From the IMG/VR virus record IMGVR_UViG_3300025096_000031, positions 1 through 50,370 of that record: a stretch of 50,370 nt of DNA. One strand, given 5' to 3'. This document shows, piece after piece, positions 37,081 to 47,691 of the stretch. Every line of letters starts with the position of its first letter. Position 1 is the first letter of the stretch. A model generated the notes under the pieces. It saw only the letters and a list, made by a program, of their open reading frames with translations. It was not told where the DNA came from and ran no database searches. A program made the translations under genes and the position numbers. Origin of the DNA: a virus (lineage: Duplodnaviria > Caudoviricetes).

Positions 37081-38300
37081 TGGCTAATTATAGTTATCGA
37101 TTGCCGAAAGAACCACACCAGGGCTTTTTCTTCCCAGATCCCCCGTTTCAAAATGGATATACGAGTTCAAAAACTAAACCATATACACGGGTACGGTGGA
37201 AGTGCCAGGCGTTTGTAAATAAGACCAGATATATTGGGAATGTTTATCTTACATCAGAGGGTGATGAGAATGTTGAAAAGTCAGAAAGATTTGCAGATTC
37301 GGTATTTAAGTCAGATGTTGACAGTTTAGATACATTTCGTCCATATAGAAGAATTGATGTTGCAGCAGGGGATGGTGAAGATATTACGGCTCTGGCCATC
37401 TATGCTGATAGATTGTTGGAGTTCAAGCAAAATACATTATATGTGATTAACATCCAGGGAGATTCGGAGTTTCTGGAGGCTACCTTTAAATATAAAGGTG
37501 TAGATGGTCCACAGGCCGTATGTGAAACGGATTTTGGTATAGCCTGGGCAAACAAACAGGGATGTTATTTATATACAGGTAGTGGTAATGTGCAAAACCT
37601 GATCGAGAAAAATGGGCGTAGGATAATTGCATTATCTTCTGATAGCACACCTAACCAGGTAGAGAATGAACCCTGGGATAATTTTATAACCAATAGCACC
37701 GCAGTAGGTTATTCCCCACAACATAGGAAATTATTTGTAAAAAAGGCAATTGGTGCAGGATCTAATGCGACATATGGAGGATCGAATGCAGATTTGTATA
37801 TATATGATATAGCAAGTGGATCCTGGACATTTCACTATGCTCAATCTGGTTATGGGTTGAACGATAGCAGCGATTTCTTTGTAGATATGAACAAGGAAAT
37901 GGTCTATTGGGCGGAAGAAACGGATAATACAAATGTGCATTTATTAAAATGGCAGGGAAATCCACAGAACCAGAATGCTTGGTCAATATGGACAAAAAGT
38001 TTCGATTTCGGGGATCCGTATCAAGAGAAAAGGATATACAAAGTGGTAATTAGGTGTAAGAGAGGTGGAGGTATGCCTGTGTCTATATCGGTTGATGGTG
38101 GTGAAAGTAGCCTTAATGTTGGGACCTTAACCCAGGGCGCAACCGCAGGTTGGGAAGAGTGTACAACAAATCTACCAATAAATGCATATCAGATTATGGT
38201 AGGTCTTAATGATTATAGTAGTCCCGTATCCCCAAACGAAGAATTTGAGGTATATGAAATCAATATTATTTACAGAAAACTTAAAGTTAAGGGTTTATAA
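37080..38300 (+). CDS. Tail nozzle/stabilisation-like protein, C-terminal beta-propeller part
   Basis: DGEDITAL..YADRLL.FK...LY, GV.....V..T..GI.WAN..G.Y.Y, TK.FDFG.P...KR.YKV. Confidence 0.65.
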   Translation: MANYSYRLPKEPHQGFFFPDPPFQNGYTSSKTKPYTRVRWKCQAFVNKTRYIGNVYLTSEGDENVEKSERFADSVFKSDVDSLDTFRPYRRIDVAAGDGEDITALAIYADRLLEFKQNTLYVINIQGDSEFLEATFKYKGVDGPQAVCETDFGIAWANKQGCYLYTGSGNVQNLIEKNGRRIIALSSDSTPNQVENEPWDNFITNSTAVGYSPQHRKLFVKKAIGAGSNATYGGSNADLYIYDIASGSWTFHYAQSGYGLNDSSDFFVDMNKEMVYWAEETDNTNVHLLKWQGNPQNQNAWSIWTKSFDFGDPYQEKRIYKVVIRCKRGGGMPVSISVDGGESSLNVGTLTQGATAGWEECTTNLPINAYQIMVGLNDYSSPVSPNEEFEVYEINIIYRKLKVKGL

Positions 38301-41300
38301 TGCCGAACCCCGTTGACCAATTTAACAGAACCAGAAGAGTAGTCACACACTCTAAAGAGAGAAATCAGAAAATAACTGACGGGTATCCGATGCCCACGGA
38401 AGGTAGGAATGGAGATGTATCATACAGGCGTATAGGCAATGGGATTGTGATGTTTGTGAGGGATAACGATGGATGGATCAATATGGGCCAAAGCGAAGGT
38501 GCTAATACGGACCTTCAGATTAAGAATAGTAATAAAACTACAGATTATTACAATTATGGCGGTAGTAGTGGTGGTTCAACTTTTACGATGTCAGAAAGTG
38601 TAACATCTAATGATGATTCGTTGAATATATCAGGTGATAATCCGATGACGGGAAATTCTACGATAAATATTGAAGTAGAAACAGATCCATTTAAGGTTAT
38701 CGGAAATAATATTGTGGATAGCGGTGCAGTAGGTGGCATAACATTTGACGGATCAGGTAATACTGCCGTGGATGGAGATCTCACAGTAACAGGGAATAAC
38801 ATAGTAGATAGTGGCGCAGCATCTGGCATAACATTTGACGGATCAGGTAACACGGCTATAGATGGAGATCTTACAGTAACAGGAAATAATATATTAGATA
38901 GCGGAGGAAGTTCTGGTATAACATTTGATGGATCTGGCAATACTGCTATCGACGGTACTCTTCAATTAAGTGGAGATGATATCTTGAGTAGTGACGGCAC
39001 AAGTGTTATAACATTGTCTGATACTGATACAAGCGGATCTATAGATGATGTAACGATAGTGGCGGACCTTACTGTATCTGGGGATCTAACAGTAAGTGGG
39101 ACCGAAACGATTATCAATACAGGCACACTCCAGGTAGAAGATTTAAATATAGAAATGGGCGTGGTTACTACCCCAACGGATGCTACGGCAGATGGTGGTG
39201 GAATTATATTAAAAGGGACAACCGATAAAACTATTCTATGGGTAGATGCAGATGACGCCTGGAAGTATAATCAGCACATTATGATGACCACCACGAATGA
39301 ACTACAATTCCACGATAATACTTCTAAAATATGGGCATCTGGAGCAGGAACATTAGAAATAGAGGCAGCAGCAGGAGTATTACTCTCTTCTCCAAATATG
39401 GCAGGTGTAGGTGATACGGGAAAGATTACATTCGATACAGGTAATGCTGCCGCAGGTGATAGTGGTAAAATTACTATACAAACGGGTAGTGCATCTGGTA
39501 CTGCAGGTGATATAGATATAAATACTGCCGCAACAATAGATATTGATGCATTAACATTAGAAATGACATCTACCACAATGGATGTAGATGCCACTACGCT
39601 TACAATGGATGGGACCACAGGCACGATAACATACACTACATTATTACAGTTGGACTCTACGACCGAAACTGAAATGAATACGGCATTATTGGATGTTAAT
39701 GCAACGACTCTGGAAATGGATGGGACCACAGGAACTATCAGTTATAGCACAATACTAAATCTTGATTCCACTACAGAAATTGAAATGAATACTGCGTTAT
39801 TAGATATTGACGCAACAACATTGGAGATGGATGGTACCACAGGGACCATTAGTTACTCTACAATACTAAATTTAGACTCTACCACGGAAATTGAGATGAA
39901 TACCGCCTTAATGGATGTTGATGCGACAACCCTGGAGATGGATGGAACTACGGGAACCATCAGTTATACTACAATACTAAATTTAGATTCCACCACAGAG
40001 ATTGAAATGGACACCGCATTGTTAGATGTTGATGCTACCACATTAACAATGGATGGGACAACAGGAACCATTAGTTATAGTACAATATTAAATCTTGATT
40101 CTACAACGGAAATAGAAATGGATACGGCTCTGTTAGATGTTGATGCGACATCACTTACAATGGATGGAACGGATGCGGTAATTACATATCCAACTATAGA
40201 CCTGGTGGCGTCTACAGATGTGGACATAGATAGTCCAACAATAGATTTAAGTTCCCAATGGACAGACATTGACCTTATAGCGTCCACCACAAAGGCATTA
40301 ACTATAGATAGTGATCTAATGTCCTTCGATTCAAACCAACGAAGGGTTGGGATATCGACCAATGCACCCTATCACGAATTCGAGATATATGAAGGTAAAT
40401 TAGCATTTAACCTTATAGATGGTGAGGCAGGTATCGTATGGAATAGTGATGCTACAGACGAAATGAGATTATACAGGGATGCTATATCATCTAACCAATC
40501 TGATCTAAAATTGGAACAACATAATGGGACTTCACTATTCACAGATTTTAAATGGTCTAATGTGGCGATTGGAAGTAATACTGTCAATCCAAAAGATAGC
40601 GCGAATTTTACATTGAGGGGGAAGGCTATAGAGGACGAGGCCATAATTGTGTTTTCAGCAGGGGCATCATTGGTATCATATCAATGGTTAATGGGTTATG
40701 AGAATCAAGTGTTTAGCCTTTATGATGGTAAAAATACGAAATATGCTTTTACTGTAACGCCTGATAAGTGTGATATAAAACTTAAACAGGATGAACAGAA
40801 ATTAATATTCTACAATGATGATCTCTTTATACAGACCAAAGATCCAAATTTGCAAATTTTTAATGAAGATTATGGTGGTCTTATTAATATAAAGTCAAAA
40901 TCAAATCCTGCAACCACAACAACATACGATGCAAATATCTATATAGGACCACAGGGCGGTCTTGATGATGCAGTTCGTATACACGGCCATCGTGTTGAAC
41001 TGCAAACAATGGCAGATACAGGTTATGTGTCAGCAGACAATAAATTTAAGGCTTGTAGTAAATACTTTGTATCGGGATCTACGAACATTGATGCTCTTAA
41101 TTATGGGACCATTGAAGACGGCGGTGGTGCAATTACAATAGATTTAGATTATGCGGAAACATATGCCACCCAAACAAAAGCGATCATTAAAGAAGATATG
41201 GTGGAGTTTAGGACCGATGGAGAAGATGCTGATATCTATAATGGATCCGCACCGATAATGTATAATGTCCCTTTTCGGGCAGAGTACAGTTGTAATCTTG

Positions 41301-41506
41301 CAGGGACTTTAGTTGATTGGGCAGCAGATCCTAATGAGGTTAACCAGGCAACCAGGAATGGCTCTGATATGTTATATAATTATTCAGGGTTGGGATATAT
41401 TTCAAATATTAGACAAGCACCTGCAGAACTTGTGATCTGTAGCAATGTAGCAGGTCCGTGGAATAAAGGTTCATATGCCCATTGGTATGATGGAGGGTTA
41501 CACTAA
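38300..41506 (+). CDS. Long tail fibre/spike with beta-helix-type repeats
   Basis: 3x 30-aa and 5x 37-aa repeats; GDLTVSGT...VED..IE.G...D.TADGGGI and RVGI.T.AP motifs. Confidence 0.75.
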   Translation: MPNPVDQFNRTRRVVTHSKERNQKITDGYPMPTEGRNGDVSYRRIGNGIVMFVRDNDGWINMGQSEGANTDLQIKNSNKTTDYYNYGGSSGGSTFTMSESVTSNDDSLNISGDNPMTGNSTINIEVETDPFKVIGNNIVDSGAVGGITFDGSGNTAVDGDLTVTGNNIVDSGAASGITFDGSGNTAIDGDLTVTGNNILDSGGSSGITFDGSGNTAIDGTLQLSGDDILSSDGTSVITLSDTDTSGSIDDVTIVADLTVSGDLTVSGTETIINTGTLQVEDLNIEMGVVTTPTDATADGGGIILKGTTDKTILWVDADDAWKYNQHIMMTTTNELQFHDNTSKIWASGAGTLEIEAAAGVLLSSPNMAGVGDTGKITFDTGNAAAGDSGKITIQTGSASGTAGDIDINTAATIDIDALTLEMTSTTMDVDATTLTMDGTTGTITYTTLLQLDSTTETEMNTALLDVNATTLEMDGTTGTISYSTILNLDSTTEIEMNTALLDIDATTLEMDGTTGTISYSTILNLDSTTEIEMNTALMDVDATTLEMDGTTGTISYTTILNLDSTTEIEMDTALLDVDATTLTMDGTTGTISYSTILNLDSTTEIEMDTALLDVDATSLTMDGTDAVITYPTIDLVASTDVDIDSPTIDLSSQWTDIDLIASTTKALTIDSDLMSFDSNQRRVGISTNAPYHEFEIYEGKLAFNLIDGEAGIVWNSDATDEMRLYRDAISSNQSDLKLEQHNGTSLFTDFKWSNVAIGSNTVNPKDSANFTLRGKAIEDEAIIVFSAGASLVSYQWLMGYENQVFSLYDGKNTKYAFTVTPDKCDIKLKQDEQKLIFYNDDLFIQTKDPNLQIFNEDYGGLINIKSKSNPATTTTYDANIYIGPQGGLDDAVRIHGHRVELQTMADTGYVSADNKFKACSKYFVSGSTNIDALNYGTIEDGGGAITIDLDYAETYATQTKAIIKEDMVEFRTDGEDADIYNGSAPIMYNVPFRAEYSCNLAGTLVDWAADPNEVNQATRNGSDMLYNYSGLGYISNIRQAPAELVICSNVAGPWNKGSYAHWYDGGLH
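38693..38960 (+). repeat. Three 30-aa (90-bp) coding repeats, V.GNNI.DSG...GITFDGSGNTA.DG.L.
   Basis: Translation and DNA similarity. Confidence 0.85.
39581..40170 (+). repeat. Five 37-aa (111-bp) coding repeats, DATTLEMDGTTGTISYSTILNLDSTTEIEMNTALLDV
   Basis: Near-identical protein units with divergent synonymous codons. Confidence 0.92.
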
Positions 41507-44500
41507 TGGGAGGGCCTAAACCAAAAGGATGGGCAGGGGCGCATTGGGTAGACTATGAGCAGGGCGGTATACTTAAAAGAGATCGATTGGTTTCTGGATT
41601 GGTGCATATAAATGCAGTACATACGCCAAACAGATATACAGACAATAGGAAATCTATAGCATTGAGTTTTGTAGATAGTATCGGGGCTATATATGCAACA
41701 GGTTCGGGAACAGTAGGTAATTATATTAAAATACATTTTGCTGCGGCAAGGTACAGTATATTTTGGTTTAATCCATATGGAAATAATACGGCACCTATAA
41801 ATCCTGGTGCTGATGAAATTGTTGAAGTGGATATATCTGCATTCCACGGCAACGCAGACGAAAATCATTTAATAGCAGACGAATTTGAATCCGAATTTGG
41901 GACTTCAGTTGCAGTAAACTCTTATAGACTAAAACAAGGCGAAGTAACTATTGGTGACGATAAGAATAATCATATTATCTTTTTAAGGTATTATGGAACT
42001 CCTGAAGTTATATCGGATGCAACGGATACTATAGGTGGTGACTTCTCAATATCACAGACAAGTGGTGCATCAGGTACATACGACCAAGACGATGCATATA
42101 CAAAAGAAACGGACTTCAAACAGGCATTATTCAATAATACATCAAAGGATGTTGGTGGCGTTGAAACATATTCCAGGAGATCTCCCTTTGATTCAAGCGA
42201 GGCTCCGCCCTGGAGAGGGGAGTTATATGATGACGGAAGATTCAATACAGGCGTAAATGATGATTCCCATTCTGCAGAAAGTAGAAATAAGGCAAAGACA
42301 ACAAGTGCTTCTACGGGGGCATCAGATTATGACACTTCTCAAGGGTATTATAATGCAAGTATGGGGGACCATTGTACATTCTTATATCATATGACGGCAG
42401 CGACCAGGATACAGGACAATCCCAGGTTGTGGGGAACACGAATTAGTAATGATAATACAATGGATATATTAAATGATAACGGGCATCCACCTGTCTGGAT
42501 AGGTGATTTTGATGCGTCTGGAGATCTATCTTCCTGGACAGATGTTGAGGCAGGAGGAAATACTATTACACAGGCGTTTGCAGCAGCGCCTACAGATGGT
42601 GAGCAGTACCCAGAAGATACAGGTTGTTTGGTTGTTACCCACACAGGTTCCACAATTGGAGATCATATAAGGGATTACGGATCTTATGGTGTCAGGGTAG
42701 ACTCCCAAGCAGTTACACCTGGAGTAGATTATAGGTTAACCTGGGATGTCGATCATAATACAGATGGTAGTTTAGCCCCAGGATCTGGTTTGATTGGAAT
42801 AGAGGTTAGGTCACACGCAAGTTATAGTCTTGGAAGTAGCGTAAAATCAATTCCTGGCGGTGGGACAGGAGCAGCAGGTGTAGCAACACAGGGATCGGCT
42901 ACCTTTACTTGCCCAATCGGTGTATCAACTTTCTATATTTTTTTCCTTCATAATCCTGTTTCTGGAACAATCGGAGGTGGAAATATGGTCTGGGCAGGAG
43001 GTCAGTTTGAGGTAAATATGGTTAGTTTAAAGTTAGACTCGGCCCCACACTATTCAGATCTCTTGAATTTTAAATTTGGAACTCCATTGAATAATCAATG
43101 GTACACATCAAAGCCTGATGATGGTTTGTCTTTCTTTTGGATTAGGTCCCATCTGATTTCTGTGCATAATAATAGTGAAATGAATAATGATGAGTTTATA
43201 ATGAAATCTCATCGTGTCACATTTAATGCAACATCCGATGCAGGTGAAGAGGCAGGGTTGGTAGATCTTGGATATAATGGATCCTTTCCTGGATCATATC
43301 TACCACACGGCGTAGATGTTGTGGATAATTATAATTACAGACAATGGAAGAATTATAAACCTGGTGATCTAATTAGAATCTCTGGTGCTGCAGACGCAGG
43401 TAATAATGGAATCTTTCAGATACGATGGGATTGGGACCACAGTTCAGAATATTATATTGGATATAATGCAGATTTTCCTTCTACAGGTGATGAATGGCCA
43501 AATATGCAATTTAGATTGTGTCCTTTTAAAATAGAGGAGAATGGTGATAAAACAGATCCGCATACATTAGTATCAACAGAATTAGTTGGACAGTTATTTG
43601 AGGAAGATATTACAATTACGACGCCAGGGCAATATGCATCAACGGCACAGAATAAGAGGTATCCGTTATTGTTTACTGCTACACCTGCGGTTGTTGATGT
43701 TAGAGGGTATGCGGTAATGGAGAACCAATTAAGTCCAAGCGTGGATAGAATTGTAATCACTAATCCAGGGATAGGGTTTAATTCAACATCTGCAGCAAGT
43801 CTTGTTATAACTGTGGAGGCATCGAATGGTAGTTCGGTTGTAGTGAATGCTTTATCATCAGGGGGTACGGGTTATACATCTGTGGAAACAAATACTGATC
43901 ACGGACTTGAAGAAGGACAGGCCGTTGAGTTGTTTAATATGACAGTTGGGACATATGATGGAGAATACACAGTTGAGTCTGTGACGGATGCTACGAATTT
44001 TATTATTGAAAAAGCATTCACAGTAACTGCTACAGGGGATTGTAGGGCGCTTGGAATATCAGGGATTGTGGACGCAGTCTTTTCTCATACTGCTGCAGCC
44101 AATATTAACACAAGCCCACTTATTACTATAGAAAACCTAACAAGGCGTTACCAGGACAGTTCAAATTCAAAAGTATTTGATTATAGTATTCCTGACCTGG
44201 CCGTAGAAGATCCGCCACCAACAGGCGTAGATGTCCACGCCGTTCCGTATGTGGGAAGGTATGGTAATACAGGAAGGGTATCAAGTTTGAATCATCTGTA
44301 TGATGCTTACGATGATGAATTCACAGGCCTGTACACTTGTGGAAGAAGGGATGAAATGTTTTCGCAGCAGCACGAATACGAAGGTAGGTTGGCCACACAC
44401 CATAAAATGGAAACCTGGCATAATCCTGTATCTGGCACACCTGAAATATATGGTAAGAGAAGTTTTAGTATCTCCCATAGTAAAAATGTATATGATTTTA

Positions 44501-44841
44501 AGATAAAAGATAAATATGACGACCTGACGACTAATGGAGATTATATTGAAGAGTTTTCTAATGGGAAGTTTGGGACGGATAAAGGTACAGGTTATGATCT
44601 ATATAAGAGTCCATATTATAATCGGGTATATAATGTGTCACAAATTGAATTTGGCGAGGCAAAGGTTATTGTTAGGGTGCCTATTAAGGCATATGAAACT
44701 CAAACGGAAACGGATAAAGGAACAAGGCTATTTGACGAGCCGTTGTATGATACACACATAGATGTTATGTGGCAGCCTTTTGGACAAACAGGTATGATTA
44801 AATTAACACCAGGAGAGGCACCAAGTGAAGATCTCACATAA
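41506..44841 (+). CDS. Large tail/receptor-binding-like protein with CBM-like and HGL..G..V beta domains
   Basis: GDFD...W...VTPGVDYRLTW jelly-roll-like segment; DHGLEEGQAV...DGEYTV; ITNPGIGF. Confidence 0.55.
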   Translation: MGGPKPKGWAGAHWVDYEQGGILKRDRLVSGLVHINAVHTPNRYTDNRKSIALSFVDSIGAIYATGSGTVGNYIKIHFAAARYSIFWFNPYGNNTAPINPGADEIVEVDISAFHGNADENHLIADEFESEFGTSVAVNSYRLKQGEVTIGDDKNNHIIFLRYYGTPEVISDATDTIGGDFSISQTSGASGTYDQDDAYTKETDFKQALFNNTSKDVGGVETYSRRSPFDSSEAPPWRGELYDDGRFNTGVNDDSHSAESRNKAKTTSASTGASDYDTSQGYYNASMGDHCTFLYHMTAATRIQDNPRLWGTRISNDNTMDILNDNGHPPVWIGDFDASGDLSSWTDVEAGGNTITQAFAAAPTDGEQYPEDTGCLVVTHTGSTIGDHIRDYGSYGVRVDSQAVTPGVDYRLTWDVDHNTDGSLAPGSGLIGIEVRSHASYSLGSSVKSIPGGGTGAAGVATQGSATFTCPIGVSTFYIFFLHNPVSGTIGGGNMVWAGGQFEVNMVSLKLDSAPHYSDLLNFKFGTPLNNQWYTSKPDDGLSFFWIRSHLISVHNNSEMNNDEFIMKSHRVTFNATSDAGEEAGLVDLGYNGSFPGSYLPHGVDVVDNYNYRQWKNYKPGDLIRISGAADAGNNGIFQIRWDWDHSSEYYIGYNADFPSTGDEWPNMQFRLCPFKIEENGDKTDPHTLVSTELVGQLFEEDITITTPGQYASTAQNKRYPLLFTATPAVVDVRGYAVMENQLSPSVDRIVITNPGIGFNSTSAASLVITVEASNGSSVVVNALSSGGTGYTSVETNTDHGLEEGQAVELFNMTVGTYDGEYTVESVTDATNFIIEKAFTVTATGDCRALGISGIVDAVFSHTAAANINTSPLITIENLTRRYQDSSNSKVFDYSIPDLAVEDPPPTGVDVHAVPYVGRYGNTGRVSSLNHLYDAYDDEFTGLYTCGRRDEMFSQQHEYEGRLATHHKMETWHNPVSGTPEIYGKRSFSISHSKNVYDFKIKDKYDDLTTNGDYIEEFSNGKFGTDKGTGYDLYKSPYYNRVYNVSQIEFGEAKVIVRVPIKAYETQTETDKGTRLFDEPLYDTHIDVMWQPFGQTGMIKLTPGEAPSEDLT

Positions 44842-44862
44842 ATATTTTAAAAGGAGTTAGAG

Positions 44863-46761
44863 ATGGCTTACGGATATCAAGGACCAAGTATGACACCAGG
44901 GGCAAGTGTTGCGTCTGTAATAGATAGGATCAGGCAGCAACGGCAACAGGCCAGGGAGTTGGCAGCCGAAGAGAGAAAGACCAAGATGAATATAGGGATG
45001 GGGGCTTTGAAATTTGATTCAAGTCTTCGTGCCTGGCAGATGGCCAGAGTTGCAAAGCCAGATCTTACATACGGTGAATTTATAATGAATCCAACGGCAG
45101 GAGGCGTATACCAGAAAAAGGCCGCAAATATGATTATGGGTGGCGAGGCAGAGATGCCGAAGATGATGTCTTTGAAACGCTATACGGATCTATTCAAGGG
45201 TAAGGGTAAGGGTGATGTAGATCTCAAAAAAGAATTAGAAATAAAAAAGCCAAAAGTAAAGACAGAAGTAAAGACAGAAGAAATAGATACTTCTTCATTG
45301 TATGAAGGTGCATTTAGGACAGATCCTACGGATGTCCCATCTACATTCGGATCTGGCGACGAATTAGTATACCCTTTAGGTACAAAACAAGGATTCCTGG
45401 GCCAGGGTGGCACATCTATGTCCAGGGCTTTTGGTAAAATAAGAGAGCAAGAAAGACAAGAAAGGGCGGATATGGTAGAAAAAGGTGGAGGAGAGGTCCC
45501 GTCTGCTGATCCTGATGATATGGACCTTACACAGTTGAGTGGCGAGGATATGGTAACAGAGGAAGAGTGGAATGAGATGTCATCAAAAGCACAGGGTAAA
45601 CATTTTGATACAGATGTAGAGCCAGATCCACCATCAGAAGATTTTCTGGCTCAAATTCAAAAGACACTCGCAGAACCTGATATTGCAACAGACGAACAGG
45701 GGAATGTAATAACAGAGATGCCTTCAGGAGCAATAAATCCCGAATTGAAGGGGGAGATTAAATCAGCAGATGAATATCGTGAAAGGTTACAGGGCTATGT
45801 TGATGAATCACAACCAGGTGATGGCCCTACACCAGGCGGTACAGTTATAAAACCTGCTGAAGATTTCAGTAAAAATCTTGATAAGACAAGACAACGACAG
45901 GCAGATGCAAAAGCAAGAGCAGCCCAAGAATTAACAGATGAACAGTTGGTTTCGGAAGGCCTGGAGATGCAGAAATTGCACGAAACACTTACCGAAACTG
46001 AAACTATGGATCCAGACTTATTACAAAAAGCCCTGGCAGAACCATTGAAAGTGACGGATACTCAAGGAAATGTGGTAAGAACGCTTGATGCTAAAAAAAC
46101 GGAAGGATTAAAAGGTCTTTTACAAAGGTCAACCAAAGGTGGTAAATCAGGATATCGTGGCAGAACAGAACAAGAATTGATTGATGAACTTGTAAAGAAA
46201 GAAAAACCAATAAAGCCCGAAGTGGATATTGAGCCTGATCTGCCAGATGACATAGAAGACATTCTTGCAAAGCCAGGAGATGTAAAAACGGAAGGTGCGA
46301 GTTTAGGCGACGCTGCAGGTACGGCAGGTGATATTGTAGGTGGTGCAACGGCCTTGCACACATTATACAATGCAGATCCATCAGATATAGAGATAGGAGA
46401 TGTAAAAGCAGGTTTAGATGTAGCCAAGTTGGGTGCAAAAGGTGCGGCAAAGATGGGATCTGAAGGTGGTGCTGCGCTTGGCCAGACGCTTGGTAAGGCT
46501 GCACCCTGGGTGTCTGTAGCGATGTCTGTCAATACACTTGCTGATAAAAAATCAACAGATACACAAAAAGCAGGGGCATTGATGTCTGCTGCAGGTGCCG
46601 TAGCAATGACAAACTTTTGGAATCCTGCAGGTTGGGTAGCAGGGGCGTTGATGGTAGGTGGAACATTGGCATCATTGTTTGGCGGTAAGGCGCAGAAACC
46701 GAAGAGAAAAACCAGGGCAGCAACGGGATATAGAGGTGGAAGTGGATACAGTTATGTCTAA
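44863..46761 (+). CDS. Putative ejection (internal virion) protein
   Basis: Acidic low-complexity middle; Gly/Ala-rich hydrophobic C-terminal helices (GWVAGALMVGGTLASLFGG); AAGGAG RBS. Confidence 0.55.
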   Translation: MAYGYQGPSMTPGASVASVIDRIRQQRQQARELAAEERKTKMNIGMGALKFDSSLRAWQMARVAKPDLTYGEFIMNPTAGGVYQKKAANMIMGGEAEMPKMMSLKRYTDLFKGKGKGDVDLKKELEIKKPKVKTEVKTEEIDTSSLYEGAFRTDPTDVPSTFGSGDELVYPLGTKQGFLGQGGTSMSRAFGKIREQERQERADMVEKGGGEVPSADPDDMDLTQLSGEDMVTEEEWNEMSSKAQGKHFDTDVEPDPPSEDFLAQIQKTLAEPDIATDEQGNVITEMPSGAINPELKGEIKSADEYRERLQGYVDESQPGDGPTPGGTVIKPAEDFSKNLDKTRQRQADAKARAAQELTDEQLVSEGLEMQKLHETLTETETMDPDLLQKALAEPLKVTDTQGNVVRTLDAKKTEGLKGLLQRSTKGGKSGYRGRTEQELIDELVKKEKPIKPEVDIEPDLPDDIEDILAKPGDVKTEGASLGDAAGTAGDIVGGATALHTLYNADPSDIEIGDVKAGLDVAKLGAKGAAKMGSEGGAALGQTLGKAAPWVSVAMSVNTLADKKSTDTQKAGALMSAAGAVAMTNFWNPAGWVAGALMVGGTLASLFGGKAQKPKRKTRAATGYRGGSGYSYV

Positions 46762-47158
46762 TGCTATCACATACAAAAATGGTTGTCCCAAAGAAAAGGC
46801 ATCTTTGTCAATGATTAAAGAATTTGGCAGTAGGGTTAATATGGCTGAATTGAAGGATTTGGAGGATGCTTTAACCAGGGGAAGTGTATTTGCCTGGGAA
46901 ACAGGGTGGATAGGTTATGAAATAGTAGAGAAAGGTAGTGATCGAATATTCTGGATATTGAGTATATTTAATGACACTAAAGCAGGGATTTATAGTGCCA
47001 AGAAACAAGGTAAGTGGTTCTGGAATAAATTCAAAGAATTGGCCAAAGAGAATAAATGCAATAAAATGAAATTTCAAACAAATCGATTTGGGATGACGAA
47101 ATGGGCAGGGCAGTTTGGATTTAAAATAGAAAAATTTACAATGGAGAGGGATTTATGA
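46754..47158 (+). CDS. GNAT-fold protein (P22 gp14/T7 gp13-position type)
   Basis: GWIGYE...FWILSI...FKELAKENKCNKM.F.T.R......FGFK pattern; start at in-frame ATG 46754. Confidence 0.55.
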   Translation: MSNAITYKNGCPKEKASLSMIKEFGSRVNMAELKDLEDALTRGSVFAWETGWIGYEIVEKGSDRIFWILSIFNDTKAGIYSAKKQGKWFWNKFKELAKENKCNKMKFQTNRFGMTKWAGQFGFKIEKFTMERDL

Positions 47159-47682
47159 AGATTTACACATCTGTTACATTTGAATGGGACCAGGATCAAA
47201 GTAAGTATGTAGAGATTGAATCCGAATCATACGAATATGATGGTCAAATGGCATTATGTTTTGGTGGTGGTGATGATGGTGGTTTAACAAGTGGCCAGAA
47301 GACTACATTAAATCAGCAAAAAGCGGATGTTAGGGAACGCAAGGGAGATGTGTCAGAGTATTTCCAGGAATTGAATCGTATGTCGCAAAGCGAAAGGAAT
47401 ATGAATACACAATCCAGGATAGATGATTTCCTATCCCAATCTTATCTTTTGGACAAAAAAAGTGATAAAGCAATATCTGGTGGTAAAGGTTTGACTAATT
47501 TTGAAACAGAATTTGATACAGAGATGCAGGACGACATTCGGATGGATAAATTCGCCCAGGAAACTTCTAAAGACAAACTTGATTATATGAAAGGCACTAT
47601 AGAACGGAATAAGGCCAGGTTTGATCAATTAGCATCATTGGAGGATATGATTTATCAAATAGATACAGAATTAAAATCGTAA
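47155..47682 (+). CDS. Putative small ejection protein with leader-like N-terminus
   Basis: MKIY...SYEYDGQMALC followed by FGGGDDGG; GGAGAGG RBS. Confidence 0.55.
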   Translation: MKIYTSVTFEWDQDQSKYVEIESESYEYDGQMALCFGGGDDGGLTSGQKTTLNQQKADVRERKGDVSEYFQELNRMSQSERNMNTQSRIDDFLSQSYLLDKKSDKAISGGKGLTNFETEFDTEMQDDIRMDKFAQETSKDKLDYMKGTIERNKARFDQLASLEDMIYQIDTELKS

Positions 47683-47691
47683 GGATTCATT

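Noticed and set aside
38300-44841. Diversity-generating retroelement acting on the fibres
   Set aside because: No reverse transcriptase and no adenine-specific TR/VR pair seen; repeat differences are synonymous
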